From the NCBI GenBank assembly GCA_003427395.1, contig BFEA01000034.1:3836394-3890481 (forward strand): a stretch of DNA of 54,088 bases. Reading direction: 5' to 3'. The position numbers and the translations under genes were made by a program. Source of the stretch: Chara braunii (lineage: Eukaryota; Plantae; Charophyceae). The notes under the pieces were generated by a model that saw only the letters and a program-made list of their open reading frames with translations, was not told the origin of the DNA and made no database searches. Below, piece after piece: positions 10,261-24,188 of the stretch; position 1 is the first letter of the stretch, and every line of letters starts with the position of its first letter.

Positions 10261-13200
10261 AGTTCTCGGATTGTGCGACTTTCAAGACTTTTATTGTCGT
10301 GATGATGTTGTTGAAGATAGAACGCCCCTCTACAAAGGCGCCTTAATCACCGAGCACTAGGTCCCGTAGGTATTTGGCAAGTCATAGTGCAAGCGTCTTT
10401 GCCAAAAATTTGTAGGAGACGTTCAGTAGCGAGATGGGACACCAATTTTTGACGTTTGATTGTTCCCATTCTTGAACAACATAGATATGACTCCGCGAGT
10501 GATGCCTCTCCCCAACCTACCCTCTGTTGGTACCTCATTGTACATGTCTACTAGTGTTGGTCCAATGGTCCCGCAGTTCTTTGCGTAAAACTCCACAGTC
10601 AACCCATCTACGCCTGGTGATTTTCCTTGCGCCATCTCCTTCAAAGTTTGAGTGGTCTCCTCCATTGTGATTCGTCTATCCAAGTTTAGTCTAGTTGTTA
10701 TGGACAGGCTGATTATCATGTCCTCCCATGTATCAGATGTCTCCACCAGATCTATATTAACATCCTCATGTGGGCGTTGTGTTGTTAGGATGTCATTGTA
10801 ATACAACTTTGCATATGACAACATTCCCATGGCAGAGGAGGCCCTAGGAGCGTCAACATCAAATGGGTGGTGCAACTCTATCATCTGTTGTTGCAGTCTC
10901 CTTGGTTGCAGTCGTTGAAAGGTTTCTTTGGACATCTTGTCATGCACCTCTATCCTTTTCTGCTTCAGTAGCTCCGACCATCTTTTCTCCTTGTCTTCTT
11001 GCATGTTATCCCACTCCGCGAGTCTCTTTTCCCTCTCCGTTGCCCATACCAATGTCGAAAAAGGGTGCCCTTTCATTCTCACTTCTGCCTCTTCTACCCT
11101 CCTTTTGCAAGCCACTTCCCTTTGGTTTCGAGACTTAGCCAAAATCTTAGAGCACACGTTCATAACTCCTGATGTGATGGCCAGGCCGTTGTCTAACCAT
11201 TCCGTTGCCGAAGGAAACAGGTTTTTAGTTGCCTCCCAACTAGACATGTGGTTTTTTAGCCACTTCGCAATGCTCGGATCTTCAATCTGAAAAACCCTTT
11301 GCCCCTCTCCATTGCAGTGTGAAACTTCACTTCTGCCAACACTGGTTTATGGTCTGATACCGGGTTGCAGATGTGCCACACTTAGGTGATTGATCCCGAT
11401 GTTGCGTTGCTCACTAGAAAGATGTCTAGCCTTTGCTTGGTGGGCAGCTCCCTGTTCCTGTGACTGTGGGAGACCCAGGTATAGCCCGGATCTTCCGGTG
11501 TCAACAGTCTAAACGGATCAGATAGTTTCAACTCCGTCGCCAGTTCCAGGAGTGTTCGGACATCCCTTCGGTTGGTTGATCTTGCGTTTGGTTGTAGAGC
11601 TTCGTCTAGCGTCAGATTCCAGTCGCCTGCAATGATCATGATTTTTACTTTTGGAATGTGGAGCATTAGATTTGCAAGGAAGCTCGCTTTTTCCCTCCTG
11701 TCAATAGACGCATAAATTGTCATGATAGCCCATTCCTCATTACCTGCTTCCACCCAGACCCATACCCATCTCCCCCATATATGGCAGCTTCTGACTCCAA
11801 AACTCTTGCATGCAGATCACAGTGAAGAAGGATACAACCCCCCCCTCTTGTGCTTTGCGACGGGGCCCACACCTGGAGCCCCTCCCAGCAATTCCCCAAC
11901 TCCGCTAGCTTCACCTCATTCAACTTAGACTTCTGAATCATCACGCAATTCACCTAAACTCTTCACCCTTTTTTTCTTTTCTCTGCCTGTTGAGTCCCCT
12001 AGGCCCCTTAAGTTCCAAGTAGTGATCTTGAGTATATTCATGGGGCTGGTTATCGGCCGCTTGCTGTTGGATGCAGGTGAACTCCTCCTGACTTCTCTGG
12101 TGATGGATTGCGTCAGCGCCTGTTTTGGATGTGGACATCTGTCTCGAGCTGTTTCTAGATTTGTTGCATGAAGAGCTCGCTCGAGATGAGGAATCCCACT
12201 CTGCAGAAAGCAATCTGCGTATGAATCAGAGTGCAGGTTTTCCTCCTCTCTTAGTTTCTCATTAACGTTTAGGAGAATTGACGCACAGATGCCGGGTACC
12301 ACCAAAATGGACTCCAGCTCATGGGTGCCCTGCTCACACACTATGTCCAGGTTCTTCCACCGAATGCCCGAATGCGTCAGTGTTTCTGCCGACTCCAGAG
12401 GTATTCGGGTGTTAAGCAATAAGACAAAATTCGTAGTAACCATCCCTGGTCTCTAGGATGAGGTTTATCATTGTAAAGCCTGGGATGATTCTGACTGGAA
12501 TGTGAGTATCGTACAGCTCCCATGTCTTTTCCATGATAAGTGTTGGCGTAGGGGATCTATCAATCTTTGCGGACGGAATGAATGTTTAACCATCAAGGTC
12601 AAACATAGATAGAAAGAAGACGCCTTCATTTGCATGAGTGCACACTAAGGGGGTGATCCTTCGTTTTACCAATTCTGAGTAGCTTCTCTGTACAGTGTCC
12701 ACACGCTTGCTGTTGTCTGGAACCAACCTTTTGTTTGTTCTCCTCCCACCTTTAAGTTCCCTGTGTTGTCTGGGTTGTGTGGAGCTCTCCATCGATGAGG
12801 ATGAGAGGTCTTTCGGTAGGAGATGTTCTCCCCCTTCTGATTCACTGTCCATCCGGAGTCTTGATTGAGAAGTTACTGAAGTTCTGGAGAGCTCTTGAAG
12901 TGTGTCCCCCTCTAGAATGGTGTCTGGCCGTTGTCTGTTGTCTTTTGTTCTTTGCTCTGCCCTCCGGTAGACTCGGTCAATTCGTCTGGAGTTACCTTAT
13001 CTCCCTGAACTCCACAGTGGTCTCCCTTCGACCGGGTCATTCCTCTCCATATCCTGCCTGTAGACGGGCCCCACCTGACGCAGAGGTCTTGAGTAGTGAT
13101 CTGCGGATATTGCAGGGGTTGGGCCCCGTGATGTCATGACCCGCCACTCCTGAGGGCCTATAGGACATCTTGGCAGAGGTATATCTGGAGGTGTTGGGAG

Positions 13201-14950
13201 ACTGTGTTGTGATTGGAGCATGACTTATGGCTGGGAAACTTGCTGTTGAAACGGCAAGGCGCCCCCTTGCTGATACTGACCACTTGGCCATCCATACTGA
13301 TCCTGGTGGTTGCTCTGATACCCCCCTTGGTAGGGGTGAAGCGACTGGTCCTGCGAAGTGTGTTGGATAGGAGATATTCCGTACCCTTCCCGGATCAAAT
13401 CTCCTCCATAGAGCGCCCCCCCAGCAATGGCATTAACATGCCAACGTTCCCTGTCCGGGAATGGTGGCCTTAAGGAAGGGTACCAGTGATCTGGTCTCGC
13501 TCTTGCGAGGTCCGTACTGCCATGGTAGTATTATTCTTGATCGACATCTTCATGACCCATACTTATATATATATCTCTCTTGTTGTTGACGTCAACAGTT
13601 GCAAAGTTAGCTCTCCTTGGTCTCCTGGTCTGGGGGCCTTCGTGGTTAAAGACCCGTTGAACCTCTATTGCGCGATTAGCATAACCTGCTCCAGAGAACC
13701 TTGAGTAAGTTTGTCGATGTGAACCGTGTTCCCCTTGTTGTTGTGCTGTTGTGCATCCCCTTCTATCATCTTCCGTCGGCACATGATCGGTGCCCTCCCT
13801 TGCTCGTGATCTTTCTCGCGCTCTCTGGACATTTTGGAGATGTTGTTGGAATCGAATCCTATGCCCTCCCTGTTTCATTCCACCCTCTCTTCTTCTCTCT
13901 TCTTCTCTCTTCTTCTTATCTTACCCGTAGACAATTTTTGTCCGAGTGAAAATACCACTTGCAGCAGCGACACCAGTCTGTATAGGGTGTTGCCACCTCC
14001 ACACGCCACCGTTCCCCTTTCCGCGATTTAATAACCAATTTATCGTCCACTCGAAAGAGGGCATCTGGGGACATTTCTAGTTTCACATTCATTAGCTTTG
14101 GATGTGTGGGGTCGAATTCAGGAGGGTGCATGTCCAACACTTCGCCAAACATCTTGTTGACTGCATTTTTCAGATAGTAGTAAGCATCAAGTTATTCTCT
14201 TAATGCCACTATCCAAAATTTTGTTTCTACCTCTTGTAAACGCAACTCTTTCAGATCCAGTCGAGTCATTCAAGGTTTCTCCTTGCTTAATTAGCCATGT
14301 TGTTATCGCGCCTGCCTTTGCCACATAAGATATGACATTGGGCACTTCAAACTGCACTCAACCCCTTTTTGTATCAGGATGGAACAACTTACGAGCAAAC
14401 CACCCGTTCTCATAAGCTCGAACCAAGTCCTCCTTCACCTGCTTGAACAATCCTCTAGCCTCCTCTTGGAAGATTATAATGACCGTGCATTTTTTCAGCC
14501 ACTATTCTTTAATGTCATTCATCGCCTCATAGACCACAAACCTCCTCCCTTCCTCATCTTCCACCGCCTCTCCTAGGTCAACCTCATTCGGGCAGATCCC
14601 TTCATCGTAGCACCTTCCAACGGATTCTCTAACTCAAGCTTCTCTCCCCCTGAGCATTGGAGGTCTGTATAGTCCCTGCCCTCCTCCTTCCGCTTGAGTC
14701 TGCATTGTATCCCTCTAGTTGGATCCAGGGTAGCGGAGTTCACTTGGAACGTGTTGTTGCTGCAGCTCCCGCCGATGCCCCAATTATGTCCGCGTAGTTG
14801 AGAAATCTTCCACTACACTTTCTTGTCCACCTCCTTTACTAGGAGATTACTAGGCTCGCTTGGCTGTGCATTTGACCGTTATTTATTGTTGTCCACTTCC
14901 TTATTGTTGAGAATGCCAAGTCTCTTGGATTCCTCTTCCTTCCCGTACGT
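10259..14950 (-). mobile_element. L1-clade LINE copy B (ORF1 from ATG ~14705, APE endonuclease, RT N-terminus), cut off at microsatellite/gap
   Basis: ORF1 with zinc knuckle WCRCCKWYFHSDKNC; APE motifs TWNLRG, IAGDWN, RLDIFL; RT motifs KSPGVDGLTVEFY, PISLLNVSYKFLAK, AFVEGRSI; many stops and frameshifts. Confidence 0.92.
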
Positions 14951-15569
14951 TTGCCCTCACTATCGAGACGATTTTTTATGACATCGAAAATAATTGTCTA
15001 AACTGTGTTAATTTGGTTCGACTCAGTAGTGCCAAGGTTCGGCCATCTAGTTTACCTCATCGTGCACTACTCTCGATTTCTGAATAGCAGCGTCTGTGAC
15101 TACTACCAGAGTTGATCAACGAGCGGGAGTGACCGAGTCTGACTGCCATTTTACTGTCAATCCATAGGTAATGAACTTCGCTTAGTAGGTAATTACTACG
15201 GTAATTTATCGACATTGTGAAATGTCTGTTACTTGCATTGTTGTCAAGGGAGAGTGGTTGTAAAGCTAATCGGAATAAAAAGTTGAAAATTAGTACAGCG
15301 AGAAAATAACTTTTTTCATTGCTAGGACAGATCTGAAACACCGAACCCCAGAGAGAGGCTATCTCACTTCGCAAAATTTTCTCCAATTTTATGAGTGGAG
15401 GAGGCAAGATAGGATAAGAGTAGCTTTGGGAAGTTCGAGAGACAGGAGCTGCCACACTTTTACCTCGAGGGAACATCACCTCTACTTCCCCGTAATGAGA
15501 GGGTCATTCATGGTCTGTTTTCTTGATTCAATGACAGAGCACCGATCGTTATAATGAATTCACTGACGA

Positions 15570-16160
15570 TCAGGATAATAGCTCGACCTCTTCACCAAAG
15601 CTAAAAGATAATGTACATCCATCTTTGTAATTTTTCGATTTTTTGGTAAGCTACCTTGCTCTAAGTCATGTAGGCTGGCCCTATCGAATTTGGTCCAATC
15701 GTATACGTTTATCGATTTCCTTTTTTAAGGATTTATGTTACTTTATCTAGTCGATGTGTAAAAACCATGGCCACTCTGCTAAAAAAATATTGTTTGCGTA
15801 GTATAAGCAAACCTAGTATGGAGTTCATCGTCTGATTGGACTTTTATCCTCTCGATAGTTGATTCGATGATGGAGTATCAAATGTCATGCTGGACTCACA
15901 GGCGAACAGGATAACAACCCGACTTCTTCACCGGAGATATAAGGTAACCTACCTCTATCTTCGAAATTCCAATTTTTGGTAACATCCCTCGCTCGTTGTC
16001 AAATAGGCTGGCTCTATCAATCTGGTCCGAGTGTGTACGTGTGTCAACTTCCTTCTTTCAAAATTCGCGATAATTTATTCAGTCGATGCGTATTACCATG
16101 GTAACTTTCGTTGAAAGGTAATGCCTGCGTAATCTAAACAGACCTAGCACGGTGAATCCT
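15570..16160. repeat. Diverged ~336-bp tandem duplication upstream of LINE B
   Basis: GGATAA..CTTCACC, TTTTTGGTAA, TAGGCTGGC(C/T)CTATC, AGTCGATG..ACCATGG and ACCTAG occur twice, from ~15573 and ~15909. Confidence 0.75.
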
Positions 16161-17112
16161 ACTAACGGTGAGGTACTACCCAACCTCTGAAAAGTTCACC
16201 GTCCAATACGACTTCTCTCAACCCCATAGTTGGTTACGTGAGAGTATTGGCTATTGTGTATCCTACTACCCTAAACGGACTGTTCAACGAGGAGGATGCA
16301 TTGAGACATCGCCTCCGCCCTCGATGGGGGGCGTGCATCACCTTTGTCCTGCTCCCCATCACGATGGCGAGGTCCGCAGCCGAACAATGTTACGCACGGT
16401 GAATGTGTATCAGCAATGGTACCGGAGTGCTTGCGCTATTCGCCCAGTACCGGCGCTCCTTGGTCCGTCGGTCGCAGTGTGAGTATGCCCTGAATGTGCT
16501 TTTCGGAAAAAAAAACGAGAATAATATAAATTAAAGAAAAAAACACGACGGTACGATCCCGCCGCTTTCTACGGCGCGCAGTCGTGTCACACACAAGAAA
16601 GGTCCTCATGCCTATAGTATTTCTACCGCTAGCGAGACTTAAGGTTTTCCCGCACCACTCACCAAATGTGCAAAATGAGACGCAATCTTCTCCTAAAACA
16701 TAGAAATATACACGATCATAATTTTTGTCTTCTGTGCATTTGGTGAGTGGTGCAGCGAGCCCCCTGGTCACCACTTTGGTGGAAGACGCAATTGAAGAAG
16801 CGAGGGTTACTGGACTGCGCCCGCCGGCGCTACATAGCGCTCGGACCGAGCGGTTGCTACCGGCAATGGGGGGCTAGGTCGGCGGAAGCTGCTACCACCA
16901 CGATAGCAGCACCGTAGATGAGGCCGCCTTCACCATCCCCAAGTTGCTAGACGGCTACACGAGTTTGCTCATCGTAGCCGACTGCTCTTCAACGACCTAC
17001 CGTGATGCCCATGACTGTGATACATGAAGTAGTGGACGAAGCACAAGGCAACCAAGGACGAGTTAGTTCGTTAACTTACCAAGTGAAATGAAGACGGTAC
17101 CGTCGTGTCGTG

Positions 17113-19130
17113 ATGGATGAAGTTGAGATGGATGGGAATAGATCCCCCCCTGCGGTGCCTCAGGTCCAGACTGAAGGTGGCGAGGATCAGATTCGAAAGT
17201 TGGTGAGGTTGTGCTATGAGGATGACATACTCTCGGCTGGGGTGGATCCAGGTGAAATGAGAGTAGAAGGACGGGAAACTTTCTTCAAAGTCAACCCTAG
17301 AATTGACCGAACCAAGGTTACCTGGCTCAAAGAGCACACGGTAACGGTGATCTTTCGAGAGGCCGCTCGCTTTCTGCCCAAAAAGGTGAAAGACAACGTA
17401 ATTAGAGCATATGAGGATGAACGAGTTCAGGATGGTAGTTTCGATTCCTCCACGTTCAAACGTGGCCATATTAAAGTAGAGAGTCCAAATGTCGTATCAT
17501 ATGTGGCTAAAAGTAGTGCTCTCGCACTATGGTTGGTAGAGAGAGGATCGAACAATATCACATTAGGCCCCACTCGATATGAATTGGACTTTAAACCGTG
17601 GCTAACTAAAGCCCAACCTCGGGAGCAGAGACGTGTAGATGACAAGGCTACCTTTTGGATTGTTGTTGTTCAAGTTCCCTTAGATGCCATGTTTGACCTG
17701 GAGGCCCATATTAGAAATGTCATAGGACCGGTGATCTTTAATCATCCATCAGAGCCAGACCAACTCAAGCCAACGTTAATTAACCTCAAATTTGATATCG
17801 ATCTCGTTGCACGGGACAACATGAAGGATAAGATATGGGTTAAAACCTGGGAAGGTGATACCCTTGAAGTAAGATTGGCTTCTTCGTCAACATCAAGGTG
17901 CCGGAGATGTAAGGTTTTTTTCCACATAGAAACAAAGTGTCGAAGAGCAGGAAGGCAGCAACAGCCAAGATCAAGTGCAACACCGCAACAAGAAGGAAAC
18001 CAAGGTCAACCAAGGGGACCGACGTATTCAGGACCACTAGGGGCGGGTGTTCAAACCTCCCCCAGTGCTTCAAGAGTGGGATACCCACCGCCTGTTGCGC
18101 CGACGTGGCTCAATCCTTCATATGCTAAATCGACGTTTCAGGCAGGGCCTTATGGCCTGAACTATGGGAACCTGCCGACACCGGTCCAGTAGTACGATGC
18201 ATATGGCATGAATGGTGGATCAGCCTTTGTACTATGGTTTCAACAAAACGTGGGGATGCAGAGTGGAGTCCCAGGGGGAGGAGGTTATCCATTACCCCCC
18301 CTGATGCATCCAGGATTGAAACCTGCGCCGGAGGCAACAGGGGCAACGAGTCAACCTGGCATTCCAAGGGGATCCTCCCCAAGAGGAAATCAAGAAACAA
18401 GGGAACCAACGACAACAAAAGCTGCAAATGGTCAATGAGGTGGAATGCAAAACCAAGGAATCAGCACTCCCCCCCCTGGGGTTGATGTACCGAGAGATAG
18501 CCGAATAAGAATGGCCACGAGAGGAAAACAACGACGCCTGAGCTTCGATGATGGAAACTCCTCCGTCCCGTTGAGGGCGGGAGGATCGGAAGCCTCGATA
18601 GCTTCATCTGCGAATTCAGAAAGTCGGATAAGAAAGGTAGGCACACCAGGGAGCAAAACGACAAGGAGAAGAAACTCGGTCGCTGTATTGGGTCGAGGGC
18701 AATTGGAGAATTTGGAGGTAAGGTTCCTTCCCATCCTCTGCATGGCCATAAGAAATGTCTTCTGCATATTTGTTTGGACAACTTCTGATGGAATCACTAG
18801 TTTGATTTATATTCCATCTCAAGATTCTTGATGGACCACCCAGCAAGAGGGGTGAAGAAATTGAAATGTTTCACCCCCCTGGCTGCCGTTCATTTTTCAT
18901 CAGGCCAATTGGAACTAGGAGACAAGAACTGCGTCGACTAAAAATCGAACCAGGCCTCTCAGCTGTTTTTTTGTCAGAATTATAAGGTAAACTCGTCCGA
19001 GGGCAAAAATTGTTGTCCCATTTTATGAAGAAATCCCTTACAGGACCATGGCTCCCGATGGATAATCATCAACCACGGAATGACTCACCGGCTTAATCAG
19101 ATACCTCAGTCCAATTAAGAGGCAGCAGTT
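17113..19130 (+). pseudogene. LINE C ORF1 (open 17113-18192, then disrupted): nucleic-acid-binding N-terminus, CCHC knuckle, Pro/Gln region, conserved C-terminal domain
   Basis: RCRRCKVFFHIETKC (CX2CX4HX4C); homology to ORF1 of copies A and B. Confidence 0.88.
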
Positions 19131-19136
19131 CTAGGA

Positions 19137-22100
19137 ATGAGCAAGCTTAAGCTTGCCACCAGGAATGTTCGAGGGCAAGGAGATAGTGCGGGAAATTTAA
19201 ATGTAATCGCCTTAAAGCATGGATTCCTGACAATAAGATTCATATTACGTGTCTGCAGGAAACAAAGTTAAATGAAAATAAAATCAACGCATTGGGCGCA
19301 TGGTGGGATGGCCCCCAATTTTGGTCCCCGACAGTGGGATCCAAAGGAGGGTTAACAATTCTCATACACAGGGGATTGGAAATGGAAATAACAGACCACA
19401 ATATCGATCTTTGGGGTCGATGGTCATGGATCAAGATATTTATAGGAGATAAATCGTGGGTGGTTGCATTTATTTATGCCTTTGTGGATCAATATGAACA
19501 AAGCCGTTTTCTTTCAAGAGTTGCGTGCCCAACACAGACACAATGATTTTCGCTGGAGATTGGAATTCTTCCCTGGATATCTCACTGTCAAATCCGGCGG
19601 CACAAACCGCAACAAACAAACTTGCTCTGACTAACATGATTGATGAGTGCAGCCTCATTGACCCGTTCTGACTCACTCATCCGGATAAATCAGGATTCAC
19701 TTGATTTTCGCATTGTAGACGACATGTGGGTATGATGCGTAGAAGACTGGATTATTTCTTTATTTCGTCGTCGACCTGGGAGGTGGTAGATCAGATAGGG
19801 GAGAAGTTTCACCCCATGTCTGACCACAAACCAGTCTGTCTGAGCATGCATACACAGGGGTCAGCGAGAGGCAAAGGTCTTTTAAGGTTCAATACACAGA
19901 ACCTAGAAGACCCGGGCCTTGTCGCTTGGATGGAATAGTTTTTGTCCGATTGGTAGAAAACCAAACCACGCTATGATTCGAGTGGAGATTGGTGGGATGT
20001 GGGTACGAACCTGTTTTCCAACCTGCTAAATATATTTTCAAAAATATTGTCAAACGACGGGCAGCGGTTCGAACAAAATTTGATTAAGCAGATCAAATAT
20101 GCAGAAGGGCGGATGCAGGATCACCCGATTTCAACACTATTTTGGGGCAAAAAGCGAGCAAAACTGTTAACTGAATGAGACGAATATCAACAAAATAACT
20201 CTGAGAGATGGGCAGATAGATTACGGATTAAAGGGATCTTAGTGTACGATCGGGTGACGAAGGAATCCTTCCAAAGACTACTTTCGTCTTGATCTTCCCC
20301 TCCCATGAATGAATTGATGCACCCATTCGATGTCGATGCGCCCAAAGCCAAGGAGTTAACCGATTTGTGTAACTACGCTTCCATGTACTACAAAGATATT
20401 CTTACATCACGAAACCAAGGGGCCGACATCTATTTAGAGCTCAATAGAGACAATAATCACCGGGACACGACTACAGTTCGATTGACCCCAACAGTGAGAT
20501 TGAATCTTGAAAGACCAATCACAACCACGGAAGCCCTAGTGGCACTCAAATCTATGGCTAAAGGGACCTGACAGCGATGGCCTTCCAACGGAGCTCTTCC
20601 TTTGCATCTGGGAACAAGTGGGAAACGATCTGGTTGAGATGTACAATCAGATTTTAACAGGGGGGTCCCTGTCCGTTAACATGCAGAGGGGCATAATTTC
20701 AATTTTGTTAAAAAAGGCCAGCAAGCTGAAATAAGGAACTGGCGTTCTATTTCGGCCATGAACGTGTCGTACAAACTACTAGCCAAGATTTTTGCTTGCA
20801 AACTGGGGCATGAAAATAATAGTCAGGGAGGAATCTAAACGGTTTTTGGGGGTTCATATTTCCTTGTCAGACTGTTCTGATAACCAAGACAACATTCTTA
20901 TGCAGAAGGTTCTCCACCATTTAGTCACCTAGGGCAAAGCGCCCCACTTATCCTTGTTTGGCAGGGCTATGGTGCTCAATGGAGCCCTGCTTGCCTTGTT
21001 GTGGTTCATGGGAACAGTTCGAGCATTCGGAACCCACTTGTATACCATTACCAAAAGACGGGTAGACAAATTTCTATGGAAACCCTATGCAGAGGATGAT
21101 GCGAACTTTCTGTGTAAAGTGGCATGGAAAATATTGTGCCTCCCAAGACAGGAAGGAGGATTGGGATTACTCGATCCCAAAAGACAGAATGGCGCTATGT
21201 TGATTAAATGGATCGTAAGAGCATGCACAGAAGTCCCCGTCCCACATTGGGTACTGTTAGCTGAACAGATTTTATCGAAGGAGTGGAACCTGACCCGAGT
21301 TCAAGATGTATGGGTGTGCATTTTTATTCCGTTCTATCAGAGAAGGTTGATAAAGTCCCCTTCTTGGGCTGCAATAATACGGGCATTGAAACATCTGTGT
21401 CCGAACGTCAGAGTAGAACCGAAAACGAAGGCAGATGTACTGAACCAGTGCCTATTTGAGAATCCAAGAATCTGCTTGGAAAATGGGACCTGGATCAAGG
21501 CAGATACCTCACCTGCAAGCTTTAGGAGAATGTGGATAGAGAAGAGTGTCGTACGGGTCCAGGACATATGGGATGAATACACTGGATCTTGGTGTCCAGT
21601 CGAAAGCCTGAGGCAAAAATTGAGCAGGCTTAAAAAGGTAGAGGAAAAACTAACTCTTATTATAAATGCTATCCTGGAAGCATAGAAACATTTGATTGGC
21701 CCTGACGGGATTGACCCGCCAGGTACGTCGTTCTCACTCAGACATCAACCAGGAGATAAAGTTTGGAAACTTCGCAAGATTATGACACATGATGGAAAGA
21801 GAGAATTTCAAGGTTGGACGGTTAGTGGTCAGGGTTGTCTCTTGGAAGAACTGGAGACCACACAACCCCCTTTGGGACAAAAGTTGATTCAAATACGGGT
21901 TATGGAACCCTTGAGGGTTAAGCCGGTGCAAAATCAGACAGTGTTCGATGGAGGTAAACGGGTGCTCAGATTGAACGTGGATCCTAAAATATGGGAATGG
22001 CGTGCCAAAGGGAAAAATGGAGAAAACTTGAGTCTGATAGATTACCACCAGAGGACAGGACACGGGCTGGTTATGTCGTTGAAAGTTCCACACGTGGTAG

Positions 22101-22743
22101 TTCGGTCCAGATGGACACAACTGTTGGATGTAGATCCAGCTTAAAGTGTTGGGACCAGCTGAGGCTAATTCCTTGTCAAAGACAAGCGGCCACACTATGA
22201 CTGTCATTTGTGTCCACACCTTCGGCGGTGTGGCTCTTAGAACACGGTGTCAAAGTGGAGATGACTTGCCCCAGGTGCAGCTGGACTTTTGAATCAATGG
22301 TGCAACTCTGGTGGGATTGTCCTACCTTGGCAAGCATTTGGCAATGGATTAAGAAGTTATGGGACTGAATTACGAACATTGTATTTCCCTGGGACAAAAG
22401 TTGGTTGTTGTTGGGGGGAGTACCAGACAACGTAAACATACACAAAGGATGGGGTTACGTTGCTCAAGTAATCAGGGCGATAGCAATTGCAGTAATTTGG
22501 CAAGAAAGGAATGCAAGAATTTTTGAAGGGCAAGAGAGAACAAACAAACAAGCGAGGTCATCCTTTGCTAGACAATTGCGTTTGTCGATTCTGGCTGATT
22601 GGAGAAAGAAAGTCTCCAGTGGGGGAGATAGGGAGAATGAAAGGATGTGGTTCAGAGAGACATGGTGTGTCGACCACAAAATAGCATCGATCTCCCCACA
22701 AGATCGGGTGGTGCTTGATCCTTGGCTACTCAAGGACTGTTAA
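19137..22743 (+). pseudogene. LINE C ORF2 (APE endonuclease - RT with internal deletion - zf-RVT)
   Basis: MSKLKLATRNVRG, CLQETK, AGDWN, RRLDYF, SDHKPV, MNVSYKLLAK, FLWK..KVAW..LCLPRQEGGLG, CPRC..ES..LWWDC, IWQERNARIF. Confidence 0.92.
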
Positions 22744-22945
22744 AAAAACTTGCTATACCTGGGCGCTCGGTAGTGATGTATCGCAGGAGATAGGCAACAA
22801 AGGAAGAGGGTTGGAGGGAGCTGACATAGAAAGTAGATAGGAACCTCTGTGGTTCCCCCCACCGTTATAGGTGGGAGATAGACTTTGTACTTAGAAGCTA
22901 GGTTGCAAAGGTTATTGTTCGGAATAAGTGGGTTGAACTTTCTGT

Positions 22946-23720
22946 TCGCAACCCTAAGGCTGTGGTATAGTGTGCTTCAGAGTCTGTGTCAAGGTGTCAG
23001 ATTTTTGGCGGCGGGCGACCAGGATTTTTGGCGGCGGGCGACGGGTTCTTAGGGGGCAAAAAAAATTGGGGGACCGGTACTTGGCAAAATTGCGGACTGG
23101 ACTACCTACAGCTAGCTCTGGTAGAACCGAGACTTTTGAAAAAAGGAAGGACCGGTCCTCGGGTGGAAGTGGACCCCCAAAAGAAGTGGGGGGCCGTTGG
23201 ACGGGTCCTCAGCTGAAAGCGGACCCCAAAAAGAAGTGAGGGTATGTGAACTGCAAAACGGCCCTCAGGCTCAGGCGTTGAGGCCCGTCTTCTCAAAATA
23301 GGGAGGCCAGGCGCAACGAAACAGACGTTTTGTAAGAGGCACTTTTGGCGATTTTTTGTAGTCGGAGGTGCCCGCAGGAAAATCTGAAATTTTGAGAATC
23401 CATATATGAGTTTGTGCTCTTTCCAGAAAAAAATATTATAACATTTTCAAAAAATCATTTAGGCCGCAAAATAATCGGCGCGCCGATTCGGTACATTTTC
23501 CATTTTTGCCACTCACTCGTGAGTGGGACAACTGGAAAAGTACTCCAAATTCAGTGAGTTTTCGCGCTCAGAAGAATGCGTGAAAAATCTGAAAATTGGA
23601 GTACTCGTAGATTTTGTCATGATCTTTCGAGGAAAAACGTTAAATAAAATTTTAAAAATCATTCCACCTGTAAAATGGATTGCGACCGTAATTTGACCCA
23701 TATGTCAATTTTGCCATTCA

Positions 23721-23776
<56 letters not shown>

Positions 23777-23867
23777 CGCGCGCGCGCGCGCGCGCGCGTA
23801 CACGCCCATGGTCTCATTGCTTTGACTACCTTAGGGCGGCATTCCCCACGCCCACGCGGTAGACAAT
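22946..23867 (+). mobile_element. Dispersed non-coding repeat with internal (TC)n(GC)n, inserted in the LINE C 3' UTR
   Basis: 22946-23720 is colinear with 53269-54025; the part after the microsatellite matches 31-100; LINE 3' UTR homology resumes after it. Confidence 0.85.
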
Positions 23868-24188
23868 CATTAATTTGTAGGAGGGATTACTTAGGAGGGA
23901 CTAGAAGGGACCTAGTGTAGAAGGAATAATTGAACGAGGTAGTAATGAGAAGTTTTCGGTTAGGGGTGACTTTTTTCTCTTTTTTGTTTTTCCTTTTTGT
24001 TTCCTCTTTTGGTTCGTTTTGGATTGTGCGGCAGGGTTGTTTGTTTCTTCAAGGGGTTGGGGATAGTCAGGACAGGGGTCGAGTGTTGGCCATTTCTGTC
24101 TCTGGACGTACTCCAACACCCACAAGCCAAATCTGGGTAATGGTCCCAGAGGTTCACTTCCGGGTTGTTTGTGGAGGATTCCCGGCCT

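Noticed and set aside
9686-10360. Long ORFs spanning gaps or microsatellites (also 36392-37516, 48346-49491, 51419-52131)
   Set aside because: Artefacts of N-runs and SL/ER/TH dinucleotide translation.
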